The translations under genes were made by a program, and so were the position numbers. Shown in pieces: positions 20,175 to 30,587 of a stretch of DNA of 64,000 bases. The first letter of the stretch is position 1. Every line of letters starts with the position of its first letter. The stretch is from Bdellovibrio sp. GTDB taxonomy: Bacteria > Bdellovibrionota > Bdellovibrionia > Bdellovibrionales > Bdellovibrionaceae. Below the pieces are notes generated by a model. That model was not told the origin of the DNA and searched no databases. It saw only the letters and a program-made list of their open reading frames with translations. The DNA lies in NCBI GenBank assembly GCA_036677065.1, contig JAKFBS010000011.1, positions 187,356 to 251,355 of the forward strand, written 5' to 3'.

Positions 20175-20948
20175 ATGCAGCCAACAGCCGAATTTCAGCA
20201 ACAGTTTCAAAAGGCGTTATCTCTTCAACAAGAGAAAAAATATGACGAGGCTTTAACGGCTTATAAGTCACTTTTAGAGCAAAACCCCGACCTTAGCCAA
20301 GATCAAATCGCTGATATTAGCTATAATGCGGCCTTAACCAGCTTTAATAAACAAAGTTTTTTAGAGAGTTATGTTTATAACCAAAAAGCTATTTTACTAA
20401 ACCCCCGACATGATCAAGCACTAGAATTAGCAACTAAGATTAAAACACAGTTTCAGGTGAAAGCTACACCCCATGATATTTCGCTCATTGAAAATTTAAA
20501 CAAAGCCGGTCTTCAAGTCGTTCCTGTTGAAGCTTTATGGGTTTTAGCCACTCTGTTTTTAGTGATTTTTTTGCGCAGTGTTTTCGGGTATTTTTTAAAT
20601 CGCAAAAAAGAAATTTTAGAGAATTTAAAGTTCAGCCGTTTTTCTTTTAAGAACTATTTTTGGTTAGTTTTATTTCTGATTTTTTCGTATTTTTCAGGGC
20701 TAAAAATCTGGGAAGAACAAATTCCTAAAGCTCTCATTCGTACAGAACAGGCCTCGTTAAAAACGGCGGCTGGCGAAAACCAAGCGACTTTGGCAGACCT
20801 GCCTGGCGGCAGCCTTGTGCACATTTTGCGGGTGGCTAAAATTGATGAAATTCTTTATTTTCAAATCAAATATCCGGGGGGAATTTCGGGCTGGGCGAAG
20901 AAAGACGATTTGGAGCTTATTTCTGCACCAAATTTGCCCAAGGACTAA
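20175..20948 (+). CDS. TPR + TM + SH3b protein (BatE-like)
   Basis: N-terminal TPR, two TM helices, C-terminal SH3-like region (L..G..V.I...FQIKYPGGISGWAKK). Confidence 0.7.
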   Translation: MQPTAEFQQQFQKALSLQQEKKYDEALTAYKSLLEQNPDLSQDQIADISYNAALTSFNKQSFLESYVYNQKAILLNPRHDQALELATKIKTQFQVKATPHDISLIENLNKAGLQVVPVEALWVLATLFLVIFLRSVFGYFLNRKKEILENLKFSRFSFKNYFWLVLFLIFSYFSGLKIWEEQIPKALIRTEQASLKTAAGENQATLADLPGGSLVHILRVAKIDEILYFQIKYPGGISGWAKKDDLELISAPNLPKD

Positions 20949-21024
20949 CCAAAATCAGACGCGTTAGTGTCTAATTTTTTTGACTTCAATGCCCCCTTGG
21001 GTTGATATATTTTCGAGGTCAACT

Positions 21025-21780
21025 GTGAATTCTATGGCAAGTGTTAAATCATTGAAATTATTTGTAGTTTCTTTAATGGCGTGGGGCTTTCTTTTCTCGT
21101 GCGCCACTCAAGAAAAAGATTTAAATACGGCAGAAGGTCTTTTTGCTTATGCTAAAGAATTTCAAGATGCTGAACGCTTTGAAGTGGCTTTAGCAAAATA
21201 CGCTGAAGTTAGAAACAAATTTCCCTACAACAGCTTAGCAACTGAAGCTGAACTTGCTATTGCTGATGTTCATTATATGCGTGAGTCGTACACTGAATCA
21301 GAAGTAGCTTACCAAAATTTTCGCGATCTTCATCCTAAACATCCAAAATCAGATTACGTTTTATACCGAATTGCCATGAGTTATTACATGCAATTACCTG
21401 AAACGATTGATCGTGATCTGACAGTCGGAAAAGATGCGATTTATCATTTCAGCGAATTAGTAAAATTATATCCCAAGTCTGAATACGTTGCTGATAGCAA
21501 AACTAAACGTGACGAAATCTATTCACGTTTAGCACAAAAAGAAATTTACATTGCTGATTTTTATTTTAAACAAGAAAAGTATTCTGCAGCACTACGCAGA
21601 TACGAATCGACTTTATATAAATTTCCGGGGCTTGGTTTTGAACCAAGAGCACTTTTCGGTGCAGCTAAATCTGCAAAGTTTATCTCTGACAAGAAAAAGC
21701 AAGATCAGCACGCCAACACGTTAACTACAAAATATCCAAATTCTGATGAAGCACGATTGTTAAAAAGCGAGGGGCTATAA
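21025..21780 (+). CDS. bamD: Outer membrane protein assembly factor BamD
   Basis: Lipobox LFSC, TPRs, F.DLHP.HP.SDYVLY, DRD, YP.SEY, LAQKEIYIADFY. Start GTG 21025 (after GAGG) or ATG 21034. Confidence 0.9.
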   Translation: MNSMASVKSLKLFVVSLMAWGFLFSCATQEKDLNTAEGLFAYAKEFQDAERFEVALAKYAEVRNKFPYNSLATEAELAIADVHYMRESYTESEVAYQNFRDLHPKHPKSDYVLYRIAMSYYMQLPETIDRDLTVGKDAIYHFSELVKLYPKSEYVADSKTKRDEIYSRLAQKEIYIADFYFKQEKYSAALRRYESTLYKFPGLGFEPRALFGAAKSAKFISDKKKQDQHANTLTTKYPNSDEARLLKSEGL

Positions 21781-21782
21781 AC

Positions 21783-22508
21783 ATGAGATCTTTTTCTGGA
21801 CAACTTCTTGATGAAGCTCGTGAAGCCTTTATTGATGGTAAATACCAACAGGCCGAACCGCTGTTAATGCAGCCGACGTTAATCAATTCGAACAATCCTG
21901 AAATCTATCAAATGTTAGCAACGATCTATTACAATCGCGGCCAATTTAATAAAGCGATTAAAACATTTAAAAAAGCTTTAGAAATTGACCCTTCATACAG
22001 CGACGCTGCAGTTGGCTTATCAATTATTTTAAATGACCTTGGTAAATACGACGAAGCTAAAAAAGTTTTCGAACAGGCGCAAACGATTGTTGATAAGAAA
22101 AAATCTTTTCAACAAAGTTCAAACTTAGAAGAAAAAATTGCTTCTAAACACATTGAAACGGCTGACCTGTACTTGCAAATTCGCCGTTTTGATGAAGCCT
22201 TAGAACAGTATATGAAGGCTTATCACTTATCTTCGAAAAAAGGCGATATCGCTTTATTAATTTCTGAATGTTACGTGCAAGCTGGACACAAAGAAAAAGC
22301 CATCAAAGAATTAAAAGCTGTTATCCAGTACGACAGTAAATTAATTAAACCTCGTCTTAAGCTTGGATTAATCCTGTACAACTCGCATATGGTTGCCGAA
22401 GCCGTTGAACAGTGGGAAAATATTATTCGCTTAGACCCAAAAAACACTGAAGCCTTACGTTACTTAAAAATGGCTCAGACAACTGGTATTACTAATTTAG
22501 ATTTTTAA
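21783..22508 (+). CDS. Tetratricopeptide repeat protein
   Basis: Several TPR consensus repeats (e.g. LATIYYNRGQFNKAIKTFKKALEIDP). Confidence 0.8.
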   Translation: MRSFSGQLLDEAREAFIDGKYQQAEPLLMQPTLINSNNPEIYQMLATIYYNRGQFNKAIKTFKKALEIDPSYSDAAVGLSIILNDLGKYDEAKKVFEQAQTIVDKKKSFQQSSNLEEKIASKHIETADLYLQIRRFDEALEQYMKAYHLSSKKGDIALLISECYVQAGHKEKAIKELKAVIQYDSKLIKPRLKLGLILYNSHMVAEAVEQWENIIRLDPKNTEALRYLKMAQTTGITNLDF

Positions 22509-22519
22509 AAGGATTTATT

Positions 22520-23038
22520 ATGAAACAAATTCGCGACGAAATGGCTGCATTTTTAAAACAAGAAGATATCCAAAAATTAGTGGGTAAATTAGCTGCTCAA
22601 ATCGAAAATGATTATGAAGGCCGTGAAATTATCTTTATCTGCCCATTACGCGGTTCAATTCACTTAACGGCAGATCTTATGCGCCGTATTTCATTACCTC
22701 AGCAAGTTGATTTCGTTTTTGTTCGCTCGACTGAAAAAGGCGGCGCGATCAGCATGACAAAAGATATTTCTATAAACATCACAGGCAAAGACGTGATCAT
22801 CGTTGAAGAGATCATCGATACAGGTCGTACATTAAGTTTTTTAAAAGACCGTTTATTGGCCGCAAAACCAGCGTCTTTAAAGATCGTAACGTTATTAGAT
22901 AAGCCCGCACGCCGCGAATTACCGATTCGCGCGGATTACATCGGTAAAACTATTGAAGATCGTTACGTTGTTGGTTACGGCATGGATAGCGATGAAAAAG
23001 GCCGTAACTACTCTGAAATTTACGTTCTTAAGAACTAG
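22520..23038 (+). CDS. hpt: Hypoxanthine phosphoribosyltransferase
   Basis: VIIVEEIIDTGRTL (PRPP motif), LLDKP.RR, YVVGYGMD. Confidence 0.92.
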   Translation: MKQIRDEMAAFLKQEDIQKLVGKLAAQIENDYEGREIIFICPLRGSIHLTADLMRRISLPQQVDFVFVRSTEKGGAISMTKDISINITGKDVIIVEEIIDTGRTLSFLKDRLLAAKPASLKIVTLLDKPARRELPIRADYIGKTIEDRYVVGYGMDSDEKGRNYSEIYVLKN

Positions 23039-23047
23039 ATTTTTTAT

Positions 23048-23125
23048 CTAAGTAAAAACTGCGTTCACTACAAATAAAGTTAATACGCACACGACGTACA
23101 ATAGTACGAAATTTTTTGGAATCAT
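23048..23125 (-). CDS. 25-aa hydrophobic small protein MIPKNFVLLYVVCVLTLFVVNAVFT (not in ORF track)
   Basis: ATG at 23125, TAG at 23050-23048; GGAGG SD 7 nt upstream; sigma70-like promoter upstream; single TM-length hydrophobic stretch. Confidence 0.6.
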   Translation of the reverse strand: MIPKNFVLLYVVCVLTLFVVNAVFT

Positions 23126-23180
23126 CCTTGATCCTCCGCTGTTGTGCTAAAAATAATTTTTAGCGTGTCTTCCCTTAGTT

Positions 23181-23209
23181 AGACTAACGTTATGTCCTGT
23201 TTTAGGCAA
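23181..23209 (-). promoter_or_regulatory. Sigma70-like promoter for the 25-aa peptide gene
   Basis: Minus strand TTGCCT-N17-TAGTCT. Confidence 0.5.
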
Positions 23210-23286
23210 GATAGCCAGTCCATGGTCTAGCCACATATAGCTCTGATCTAGACACCAGTCCTAATATATAAAGTTTAGTGTTCACA

Positions 23287-23301
23287 GTCTCATTCTGAGA
23301 C
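23287..23301. promoter_or_regulatory. Perfect palindrome GTCTCA-N3-TGAGAC, putative transcription-factor site
   Basis: GTCTCATTCTGAGAC; two-mismatch copies at 42015-42029 and 50698-50712, all intergenic. Confidence 0.45.
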
Positions 23302-23329
23302 GTCAAACTATTAGATAGAGTAACAATAT

Positions 23330-23345
23330 TGGTCTCTACATTGCT
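23330..23345 (+). promoter_or_regulatory. Sigma54 (-24/-12) promoter candidate
   Basis: TGGTCTCTACATTGCT (GG-N10-GC), 28 nt before ATG 23374 and just ahead of SD AAGGGGAG. Confidence 0.5.
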
Positions 23346-23373
23346 GACTAATACTCTAAAGGGGAGAAATCAA

Positions 23374-25026
23374 ATGAATACAAATAAGGTAGCTAAATTT
23401 TTTACAGTTGTAGGTTTTTTTGTAGTCAGTGGGTTTATTACCGTAAATGCAGCCTTCGCAGCTGATGAATATCCAAATAAAGAAACTTGTTCCCGAGCTG
23501 AGCGTAGTAAATGTGAAGCTACCTCAGGTTGTGACGGTCAAGAGGGCGATAAATATACTACATGTACGGCTAAGTGTGCTCGCAGTACTGAAACAAAATG
23601 TGAATCTTACTCTTCAAGAGAAGACTCTAAAGAAAATGATTCAGAATGCGTATCTGCATATAAAGCATATCAAGAGAGTTTAGCTGATACGAACAGTGCG
23701 TGCGAAAGCGTTGCCTCCCCTACTAGCTCATCATCATCTCGTTATTCAGGTACGACAGACACTCGTAAAAAATGCTCTGAAAAAATTCAAGAATGTGCTC
23801 AGTTCGCCAGCCAAACTTCTGCACAAACCACACAAGAAGATGGCGGCATGTCGAGCACACTAAATATCTTTCGCGCTGTCATCGGCGGTGAAGAATCATT
23901 AGGTTTATCTGGAAGCAGCAGCTGTTTAGTTGATATCGATAGCAAAGAAGCGCGTGATGCTGAAAAAGAATTTCGTGACCGTCGTAAGGAATTTGAAAAA
24001 GAGAAAAAAGATATCGAAAACGACGCGATCAAAGATAAAGAAGATAACGATAAAGAAATCACTCGTATCACAAAAGAAGTTCAGGAATTACAACGTGAAA
24101 ACAAAGAAGTCTTAGCAAAAGCTGACGTGAGAATGCGTGAACAATTAAATGCATCACAAAAAGACATGGTTGATTCAGCAGCGCGTTTACGTAACTTAAC
24201 GACACAAATTTCAAAAAAGAATGATTCAGTAAGAGCTTTAAACTTTGCTTATGCTGATCGTATGCTTGATACCTCAACACAAAAACAGAACTTACGTTGT
24301 AAGTCTGCTTTAGACCAAGCCAAAACTTGTATGATCAAATCTGCTAAAGGAATCAAAGACGACGCTTGTAAGGACTTTCCTTTCACAATTAAATCTAAAG
24401 GTCCTAAAGCAACGGCTGAGTTAAAAGCGCAGTTACAAGTTGTTAATGACGCTTGTTATGAAAAAGAAGAGCGCGAAAAAAAGAGATTAAACTTCGATCA
24501 ACAAGAACAAATGAAAAAAGTTATGGATGAAATGACTGAACTTCAAGCGCAAGCTAAAGAAGAAGGTCAACGTCAACAAATTCAATCCGAGAACTCGACA
24601 AAAATTTCGCAAGAAGCTGAGCGCGAAAAACAAGAAGCTGAAGCAAATATGGCGCAACAAATTGCTACCTTACAAGGTGAGATGGCTCAATTTGCGCAAA
24701 AACTTGAAGCTAAAAACTTTCGTTCACAAGAACGCTTGAAAAAATTAGCTGAAGACTTACAAAAATTAGAACTTGAAGAAAAAACAGGAAAACGTTCAAA
24801 AACAAGCTTAGCATCGGCAGCTGTTCGTAAAACAAAAGTTGATGTGGAAAACGTAATCGCTCAATGTGGTTGTGCTGAAGATATCGCTAATGCTAAGTCA
24901 GGCGAAGAAGCTCCTAAAGGCAGTTCAACTAAAGCATTAAACACGTGTAAGGCATTAAAACGTTCTTTACCGGCTGGTGGAGAAGAGAAAAAAACTCGAA
25001 CAGGTAAATCGAAGAGTGCTTTTTAA
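23374..25026 (+). CDS. Secreted Cys-rich, long coiled-coil hypothetical protein
   Basis: Signal peptide ending AAFA-A; many Cys in the N-terminal ~190 aa; long Glu/Lys/Gln-rich heptad region; SD GGGGAG before ATG 23374. Confidence 0.75.
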   Translation: MNTNKVAKFFTVVGFFVVSGFITVNAAFAADEYPNKETCSRAERSKCEATSGCDGQEGDKYTTCTAKCARSTETKCESYSSREDSKENDSECVSAYKAYQESLADTNSACESVASPTSSSSSRYSGTTDTRKKCSEKIQECAQFASQTSAQTTQEDGGMSSTLNIFRAVIGGEESLGLSGSSSCLVDIDSKEARDAEKEFRDRRKEFEKEKKDIENDAIKDKEDNDKEITRITKEVQELQRENKEVLAKADVRMREQLNASQKDMVDSAARLRNLTTQISKKNDSVRALNFAYADRMLDTSTQKQNLRCKSALDQAKTCMIKSAKGIKDDACKDFPFTIKSKGPKATAELKAQLQVVNDACYEKEEREKKRLNFDQQEQMKKVMDEMTELQAQAKEEGQRQQIQSENSTKISQEAEREKQEAEANMAQQIATLQGEMAQFAQKLEAKNFRSQERLKKLAEDLQKLELEEKTGKRSKTSLASAAVRKTKVDVENVIAQCGCAEDIANAKSGEEAPKGSSTKALNTCKALKRSLPAGGEEKKTRTGKSKSAF

Positions 25027-25086
25027 TAAGACCAACATCTAGTTACGATTACCCAGAAGGATATTTTTTTGATAGGCTAATTACCT

Positions 25087-27726
25087 ATGTTGAAAAAAAT
25101 ACTTCTGGGTCTTTTTGCTTTTATTTTTCTTTCTTTAACTGGCGCATATTTTCTTTATAGCTCGGTTAAAGCTTCACTTCCTGAAGTCATCAAACTTGAA
25201 GATTACAAACCACTTTTAGTTTCACAAGTCTTCGATCGTAACGGAAAAAAAATCGGCGAGTTCTCGCGCCAGCGTCGCGTACTTATCCCCTACAAAGATA
25301 TTCCTGAATTAGTGATCAAATCTTTTATCGCTGCCGAAGACGATACGTTTTTTGAACATAAAGGTATTAATCTTCAGGCTTTACTGCGTGCATTTATTGC
25401 CAATATGCGGGCTGGAAGAAACGTTCAGGGCGGATCTACGATTACTCAGCAAGTTGCTAAGACCTTGATTTTACAGACGAATGAAAAAACATATGCTCGT
25501 AAATTGCGTGACATGCTATTGGCCATTCAAATGGAAGAAAATCTATCTAAGGGTGATATTTTATACCTTTATTTAAACCAAATTTACTTCGGTCAAAGTG
25601 CGTATGGCATTGAAATGGCGTCGCAAACTTACTTTAGAAAACCTGCTAAACATTTAACGATTCCAGAAGCGGCGATGTTAGCAGGGCTTCCAAAAGCTCC
25701 TTCAGACTATTCGCCAGTGAAAAATCCGATTCGCGCTAAAGAACGTCAGGTTTACGTGATTCATCGTTTACATGATATTGGTTACATCACCAAAGAACAA
25801 CGAGACACGTTCGTAAAAACACCGATAAAAGTTTATTTAAAAGAAGAGTATGAAATTATCGCCCCGTTTTATTTAGAAACTCTTCGCCAGTTATTGGTGC
25901 AACAACTTGGTGAAGATGTGATTTTAAATCAAGGTGTACGCATTACCACAGGTTTAGATTTGAACAAGCAAATCGCAGCTAATGAAGCTGTGGTTAAAGG
26001 CTTAAAAGAACTTGATAAACGCCAGGGTTTTCGCGGCCCACTTAAAGTATTAGAAACCGAAGCTGAATACGCCGAGTTTTTAGATAAACAAAAAAAATCA
26101 ATTATCACCGAATCGAACCCAGAACGTACGATCTTAGAAGATGGAACATTTGCTGAAGTTGATATTATTAAAAAAGGTCGCATCATCACTAAAAAAGTTA
26201 ACGAAAAATTAGCGGCGACCAATTTACCGAGCTATTTAGACATTGGTAAAAATTATGAAGCTATCGTCACTAACGTGAATGATGCTGAAGCCTATGTTGA
26301 GGTTCAATTACCTGAAGCAAAAGGTTTAATTGAACTTGAAAGCATGACTTGGGCTCGTAAAGTTAATTTCGACGTAAAAGCTGAAGGTAATGAAATTAAA
26401 AAGCCGTCATCAGCCCTGAAAAAAGGTGATGTGATTTTAGTTAAAATTTTAGATGATAAATTCACGTGGCGCAAAACACGCGGAAAAATTCTTCCGAAAT
26501 TAGATATTTCAAAACATTTAGCTATCGAACTTGATCAAGAACCCTTAGTTGAAGGCTCGCTACTTTCAATTGATCAGCAATCACAAGATGTTCTGGCCAT
26601 GGTGGGCGGTTATAGTTTCGCGCGCAACGAGTATAACCGCGCCCTTCAAGCGGCTCGCCAAACGGGTTCTTCTTTCAAAGCTCTGGTTTACGCTGCTGCT
26701 TTAGAAAAAGGTTATAACGCCTCGACAAAAATTATTGATGCGCCACTTGTTTACAAACAGAACAGCGGCGAAGAAGGCCAGGGCGATGAAAAAATCTGGA
26801 AACCTTCAAATCACGGCAAAGAATTTAGCGGTGAGATCACCATGCGCAATGCGCTTGTTAAATCTTTAAATATTCCGAGTGTAAAAATCGTTGAAGACAT
26901 CGGCGTTGATTTTGCGACTGATTTTGCACAACGTTTGGGAATTTTTTCAAAACTAAATCCGGATTATACTTTGGTATTAGGTTCAAGCTCTGTGACTTTA
27001 TATGAAATGACAAAAGCCTTTTCACAGTTTGGTCGTTTAGGTAAACGCACTCGTCCAATGATTGTAAAAAAGGTGATCGATACTACAGGCAAAGTGATTT
27101 TAGAAAACCTGTCTTTAGATGCCCGCTTTACCAATGAGATGGCACCGATTGAAGAAAAGTTTGCGCAAAAAAGAAAAGAATTCGAAAGCCAAGACAGCAA
27201 TGCAGAAAATGCGCCGTCGTCTCCGTTTTTCTTTGAAGATCCAGAGCAATTGATTCGCCCAGAAGTCGCAGCAACGATTACGCATATGTTGCGCGGAACT
27301 GTTGAAGACGCTTACGGCACTGGCGGACGCGCAGCGGGATTAGGACGCGAAGTAGCAGGAAAAACTGGAACAACAAATGGTTACGTCGATGCTTGGTTTA
27401 TCGCCTACTCTCCCCAAATTGCCACAGGTGTTTGGGTTGGATTTGATAAAGAAGCTACAATCGGCCGCGGCGAAGTGGGTGGAAAATCAGCTCTTCCTAT
27501 CTGGCTCGATTATATGAAAGCTGCGCACACCGGATTACCCCCTATGTCATTTCCGATCCCTGATGGAGTTAAAATCGTGAAAGTCGACGCTGAAAGTGGT
27601 AAGTTGGCGAACTCGGCTAGCAGCAGAACGATCATGCAAGCGTATATCGAAGGCACTGAACCAACGGCAGCTGAAAGTCGCAGCGAAGAAACGACCGACT
27701 ACTTAAAGCGGGATATCGAAGAATAA
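25087..27726 (+). CDS. mrcA: Penicillin-binding protein 1A (class A PBP with OB insert)
   Basis: GT51 motifs (AAEDDTFFEH, GGSTITQQVAK) and transpeptidase motifs GSSFK, SLN, KTGT. Confidence 0.93.
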   Translation: MLKKILLGLFAFIFLSLTGAYFLYSSVKASLPEVIKLEDYKPLLVSQVFDRNGKKIGEFSRQRRVLIPYKDIPELVIKSFIAAEDDTFFEHKGINLQALLRAFIANMRAGRNVQGGSTITQQVAKTLILQTNEKTYARKLRDMLLAIQMEENLSKGDILYLYLNQIYFGQSAYGIEMASQTYFRKPAKHLTIPEAAMLAGLPKAPSDYSPVKNPIRAKERQVYVIHRLHDIGYITKEQRDTFVKTPIKVYLKEEYEIIAPFYLETLRQLLVQQLGEDVILNQGVRITTGLDLNKQIAANEAVVKGLKELDKRQGFRGPLKVLETEAEYAEFLDKQKKSIITESNPERTILEDGTFAEVDIIKKGRIITKKVNEKLAATNLPSYLDIGKNYEAIVTNVNDAEAYVEVQLPEAKGLIELESMTWARKVNFDVKAEGNEIKKPSSALKKGDVILVKILDDKFTWRKTRGKILPKLDISKHLAIELDQEPLVEGSLLSIDQQSQDVLAMVGGYSFARNEYNRALQAARQTGSSFKALVYAAALEKGYNASTKIIDAPLVYKQNSGEEGQGDEKIWKPSNHGKEFSGEITMRNALVKSLNIPSVKIVEDIGVDFATDFAQRLGIFSKLNPDYTLVLGSSSVTLYEMTKAFSQFGRLGKRTRPMIVKKVIDTTGKVILENLSLDARFTNEMAPIEEKFAQKRKEFESQDSNAENAPSSPFFFEDPEQLIRPEVAATITHMLRGTVEDAYGTGGRAAGLGREVAGKTGTTNGYVDAWFIAYSPQIATGVWVGFDKEATIGRGEVGGKSALPIWLDYMKAAHTGLPPMSFPIPDGVKIVKVDAESGKLANSASSRTIMQAYIEGTEPTAAESRSEETTDYLKRDIEE

Positions 27727-27738
27727 GGACCAGGATCA

Positions 27739-30579
27739 ATGAAGAGCATCCACATTTGGGGTATCAAACAAAATAATTTAAAAAATATTGAAGTTGAAAT
27801 CCCATTAGGTCAAATGACTGTGATTTGCGGCCCTTCTGGTTCTGGAAAAAGTTCTTTAGCCTTTGAAACTTTGTTCGCTGAAGGCCAGCGTCGTTTTATC
27901 GAGAGCATGTCTAATTATGCTCGTCAGTTTTTAAATAAAGCACCAAAGCCTGACATCGAAGGCATTAATAATATCCCTCCGGCAATTTCAATCGAACAAA
28001 AAAATACAGTTAAATCTTCACGCTCAACTGTTGGTACGACGACAGAGCTTATTGATTATTTGCGTTTATTTTTTGAAAAGATCGGAACACCGTACTGCCC
28101 GACCCATCATATACCGGCGACTAAAATTTCAACCACCGAAGCTTCAGATTTAGTTTTAGAAAAATTTAAAGATAAACGTGGTTACATCTTAGTTGAAATT
28201 TCTGCCGGTCAACGCGTGCTTGAAGGTAAAAAACTGCATTCATTACTTTTACAAGATGGTTATTTACGTATTACGACGTTAAAAGAAAAAAAGGGTAAGA
28301 AAAAAACTGACCCCGTTGTTTTTGAAATGGGTGAAGTGATCGATATTGGCGAAAAAGCTAATATTAAAAAAGGAATTCCGGCAGACACATTTTATTTAGT
28401 GATTGATCGTATGGCTTTTAGCGCTGATGAAAAAGGTCGTTTAACCGATTCACTGACACAAGCTTATGATGTCAGCCTTAAATACTTAACAGGTTCTTTA
28501 ATTCGCAGAGCTTTAGTTGTTACCACTGAAGGCGAATATTTAAAACTTTCAGAAGAACCATCATGTGCAATTTGTGGTTATACACCACCACCAATGTCGT
28601 CAAAATTATTTTCATTTAATTCACCTATCGGCGCCTGCCCAACGTGTAAAGGTTTTGGCAATGTGCTTGAGCTTGATGAAGCTAAGGTTATTCCAAATCC
28701 TGAATTATCAATCTCGGAAGGCGCATTAAACCCATTTACCATGCCTTCAGCAGAACAAGATAAAAAATCTCTTTTTGCGTTCTGTAAAAAAAATAAAATC
28801 GATCTGAAAACACCTTGGAAAGATTTACCCAAGGCTGAGCGCGATTTAATTTGGGCTGGTAACAAAGATTTTTTTGGGGTTGTTGGTTTATTTGAATATC
28901 TAGATCAAATTAAATACAAAATGCATGTGCGCGTATTTATTTCGCGCTACCGCTCTGGCCGTCAGTGCCCGGATTGCCATGGTTCACGCTTACGTAAAGA
29001 AGTGCACCACATTTTAGTGCAAGGTAAATCGATCACAGAATTAAGTGCATTAACAATTGAAGAATTAGATAAGTATTTTGAAACTATTAAATTAACTAAG
29101 TACCAGCAAGAAGTTGCCGGTGAAGTGTTAAAACAAATTCGTTCGCGCTTAAATTATTTAATGCGCGTGGGAGTAAATTATTTAACCATCGATCGCGAAA
29201 CCAGAACTTTATCAGGTGGTGAATACCAACGTTTAATTCTGGCCAATCAATTAGGATCAGGCTTATCACAAACTCTTTATGTTTTAGATGAACCTACAGT
29301 TGGTTTGCACCCGCGTGATAATGATCGATTGATTTCTATTTTAAAAGATTTGCGCGATTTAGGTAATACTTTAGTTATCGTTGAACATGATCACGATGTA
29401 ATTAAAAATGCTGAAAACATTATTGAAATGGGCCCTGGCTCTGGTTACCTTGGTGGACAAGTGGTTTATTCGGGTAATACCGAGAATTTTTACCAAGCGC
29501 CGCAATCAAATACAGCCAGCTACTTAAAACCCAGCAAAGAAAAAGTCTTACGCACAGTTCGTCCGGTAGAACTTACGAATTATAAGTATAAATTAGATTT
29601 ACAGGGCTGCAGCGGTCACAATTTAAAAAATGTCGATGTCAGTATTCCGTTAAATCGACTAGTCGCTATTACTGGCGTGAGTGGTTCTGGCAAATCAACC
29701 TTAATTTCAAAAACTTTATACCCAGCCCTAGCACGTAAACTTGAATTAGAATTTTTACCGGCGCAGCCTTTTGAAAAGATCTCGGGCTTTGAAACCATCA
29801 AAAATGTTTTATTAGTAGATCAATCCCCGATCGGAAAATCTGCACGTAGTTCGCCGATCACTTATTTAAAAGCTTTTGATTCTATTCGTAATGTCTTAGC
29901 CGCAACGCCAGAAGCGGTGTCACGCGGTTATACACCGGGAACATTTAGTTTAAATGTCGACGGTGGACGCTGCCCTGCTTGTCGCGGAACAGGTTATGAA
30001 GAAATCGACATGCAATTCATGGATAATGTGATTATTCCGTGTGATGTCTGTGATAGTAAAAAATATCGCCCTGAAATTTTAGAAATTACTTTTCAGGGTA
30101 AAAACGTTCACGAAATTCTATCTTTGACAGTTCAAGAAGCCATGAACTTTTTTGTGGCTCATCCGCACATTCGTAAACCACTATCAGTTTTAAAAGAAGT
30201 GGGTCTTGATTATTTAACCCTGGGTCAGCCAGCCAATTCTTTAAGTGGTGGTGAATCACAGCGTTTAAAAATCGCAAAAGAGCTTTCTCAAGTTTCGCAA
30301 AAGTCGACTCTATACATTTTAGATGAACCTACTACTGGCTTACACTTTAAAGAGATCGAACTTTTAATGAAGGTCTTACATAAACTGATTGAAGCCGGCG
30401 GTTCAGTTATCGTTGTTGAGCATAACCTCGATGTGATTAAGAATTCAGATTACATCATTGATATGGGCCCTGATGCCGGCAAAATGGGTGGCCAAGTCGT
30501 GGTCGCCGGAACTCCAGAAGATGTTATGGCCAGCAAAAAAAGTTTAACTGGCCAATACCTTAAATCTTATTTACGCTAA
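27739..30579 (+). CDS. uvrA: Excinuclease ABC subunit UvrA (possibly a class II paralogue)
   Basis: NNLKNI, GPSGSGKSSLAFETLFAEGQRR, CxxC zinc fingers, LSGGEYQR, second NBD GVSGSGKST, LSGGESQRLK. Confidence 0.92.
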   Translation: MKSIHIWGIKQNNLKNIEVEIPLGQMTVICGPSGSGKSSLAFETLFAEGQRRFIESMSNYARQFLNKAPKPDIEGINNIPPAISIEQKNTVKSSRSTVGTTTELIDYLRLFFEKIGTPYCPTHHIPATKISTTEASDLVLEKFKDKRGYILVEISAGQRVLEGKKLHSLLLQDGYLRITTLKEKKGKKKTDPVVFEMGEVIDIGEKANIKKGIPADTFYLVIDRMAFSADEKGRLTDSLTQAYDVSLKYLTGSLIRRALVVTTEGEYLKLSEEPSCAICGYTPPPMSSKLFSFNSPIGACPTCKGFGNVLELDEAKVIPNPELSISEGALNPFTMPSAEQDKKSLFAFCKKNKIDLKTPWKDLPKAERDLIWAGNKDFFGVVGLFEYLDQIKYKMHVRVFISRYRSGRQCPDCHGSRLRKEVHHILVQGKSITELSALTIEELDKYFETIKLTKYQQEVAGEVLKQIRSRLNYLMRVGVNYLTIDRETRTLSGGEYQRLILANQLGSGLSQTLYVLDEPTVGLHPRDNDRLISILKDLRDLGNTLVIVEHDHDVIKNAENIIEMGPGSGYLGGQVVYSGNTENFYQAPQSNTASYLKPSKEKVLRTVRPVELTNYKYKLDLQGCSGHNLKNVDVSIPLNRLVAITGVSGSGKSTLISKTLYPALARKLELEFLPAQPFEKISGFETIKNVLLVDQSPIGKSARSSPITYLKAFDSIRNVLAATPEAVSRGYTPGTFSLNVDGGRCPACRGTGYEEIDMQFMDNVIIPCDVCDSKKYRPEILEITFQGKNVHEILSLTVQEAMNFFVAHPHIRKPLSVLKEVGLDYLTLGQPANSLSGGESQRLKIAKELSQVSQKSTLYILDEPTTGLHFKEIELLMKVLHKLIEAGGSVIVVEHNLDVIKNSDYIIDMGPDAGKMGGQVVVAGTPEDVMASKKSLTGQYLKSYLR

Positions 30580-30587
30580 GGTCATAG

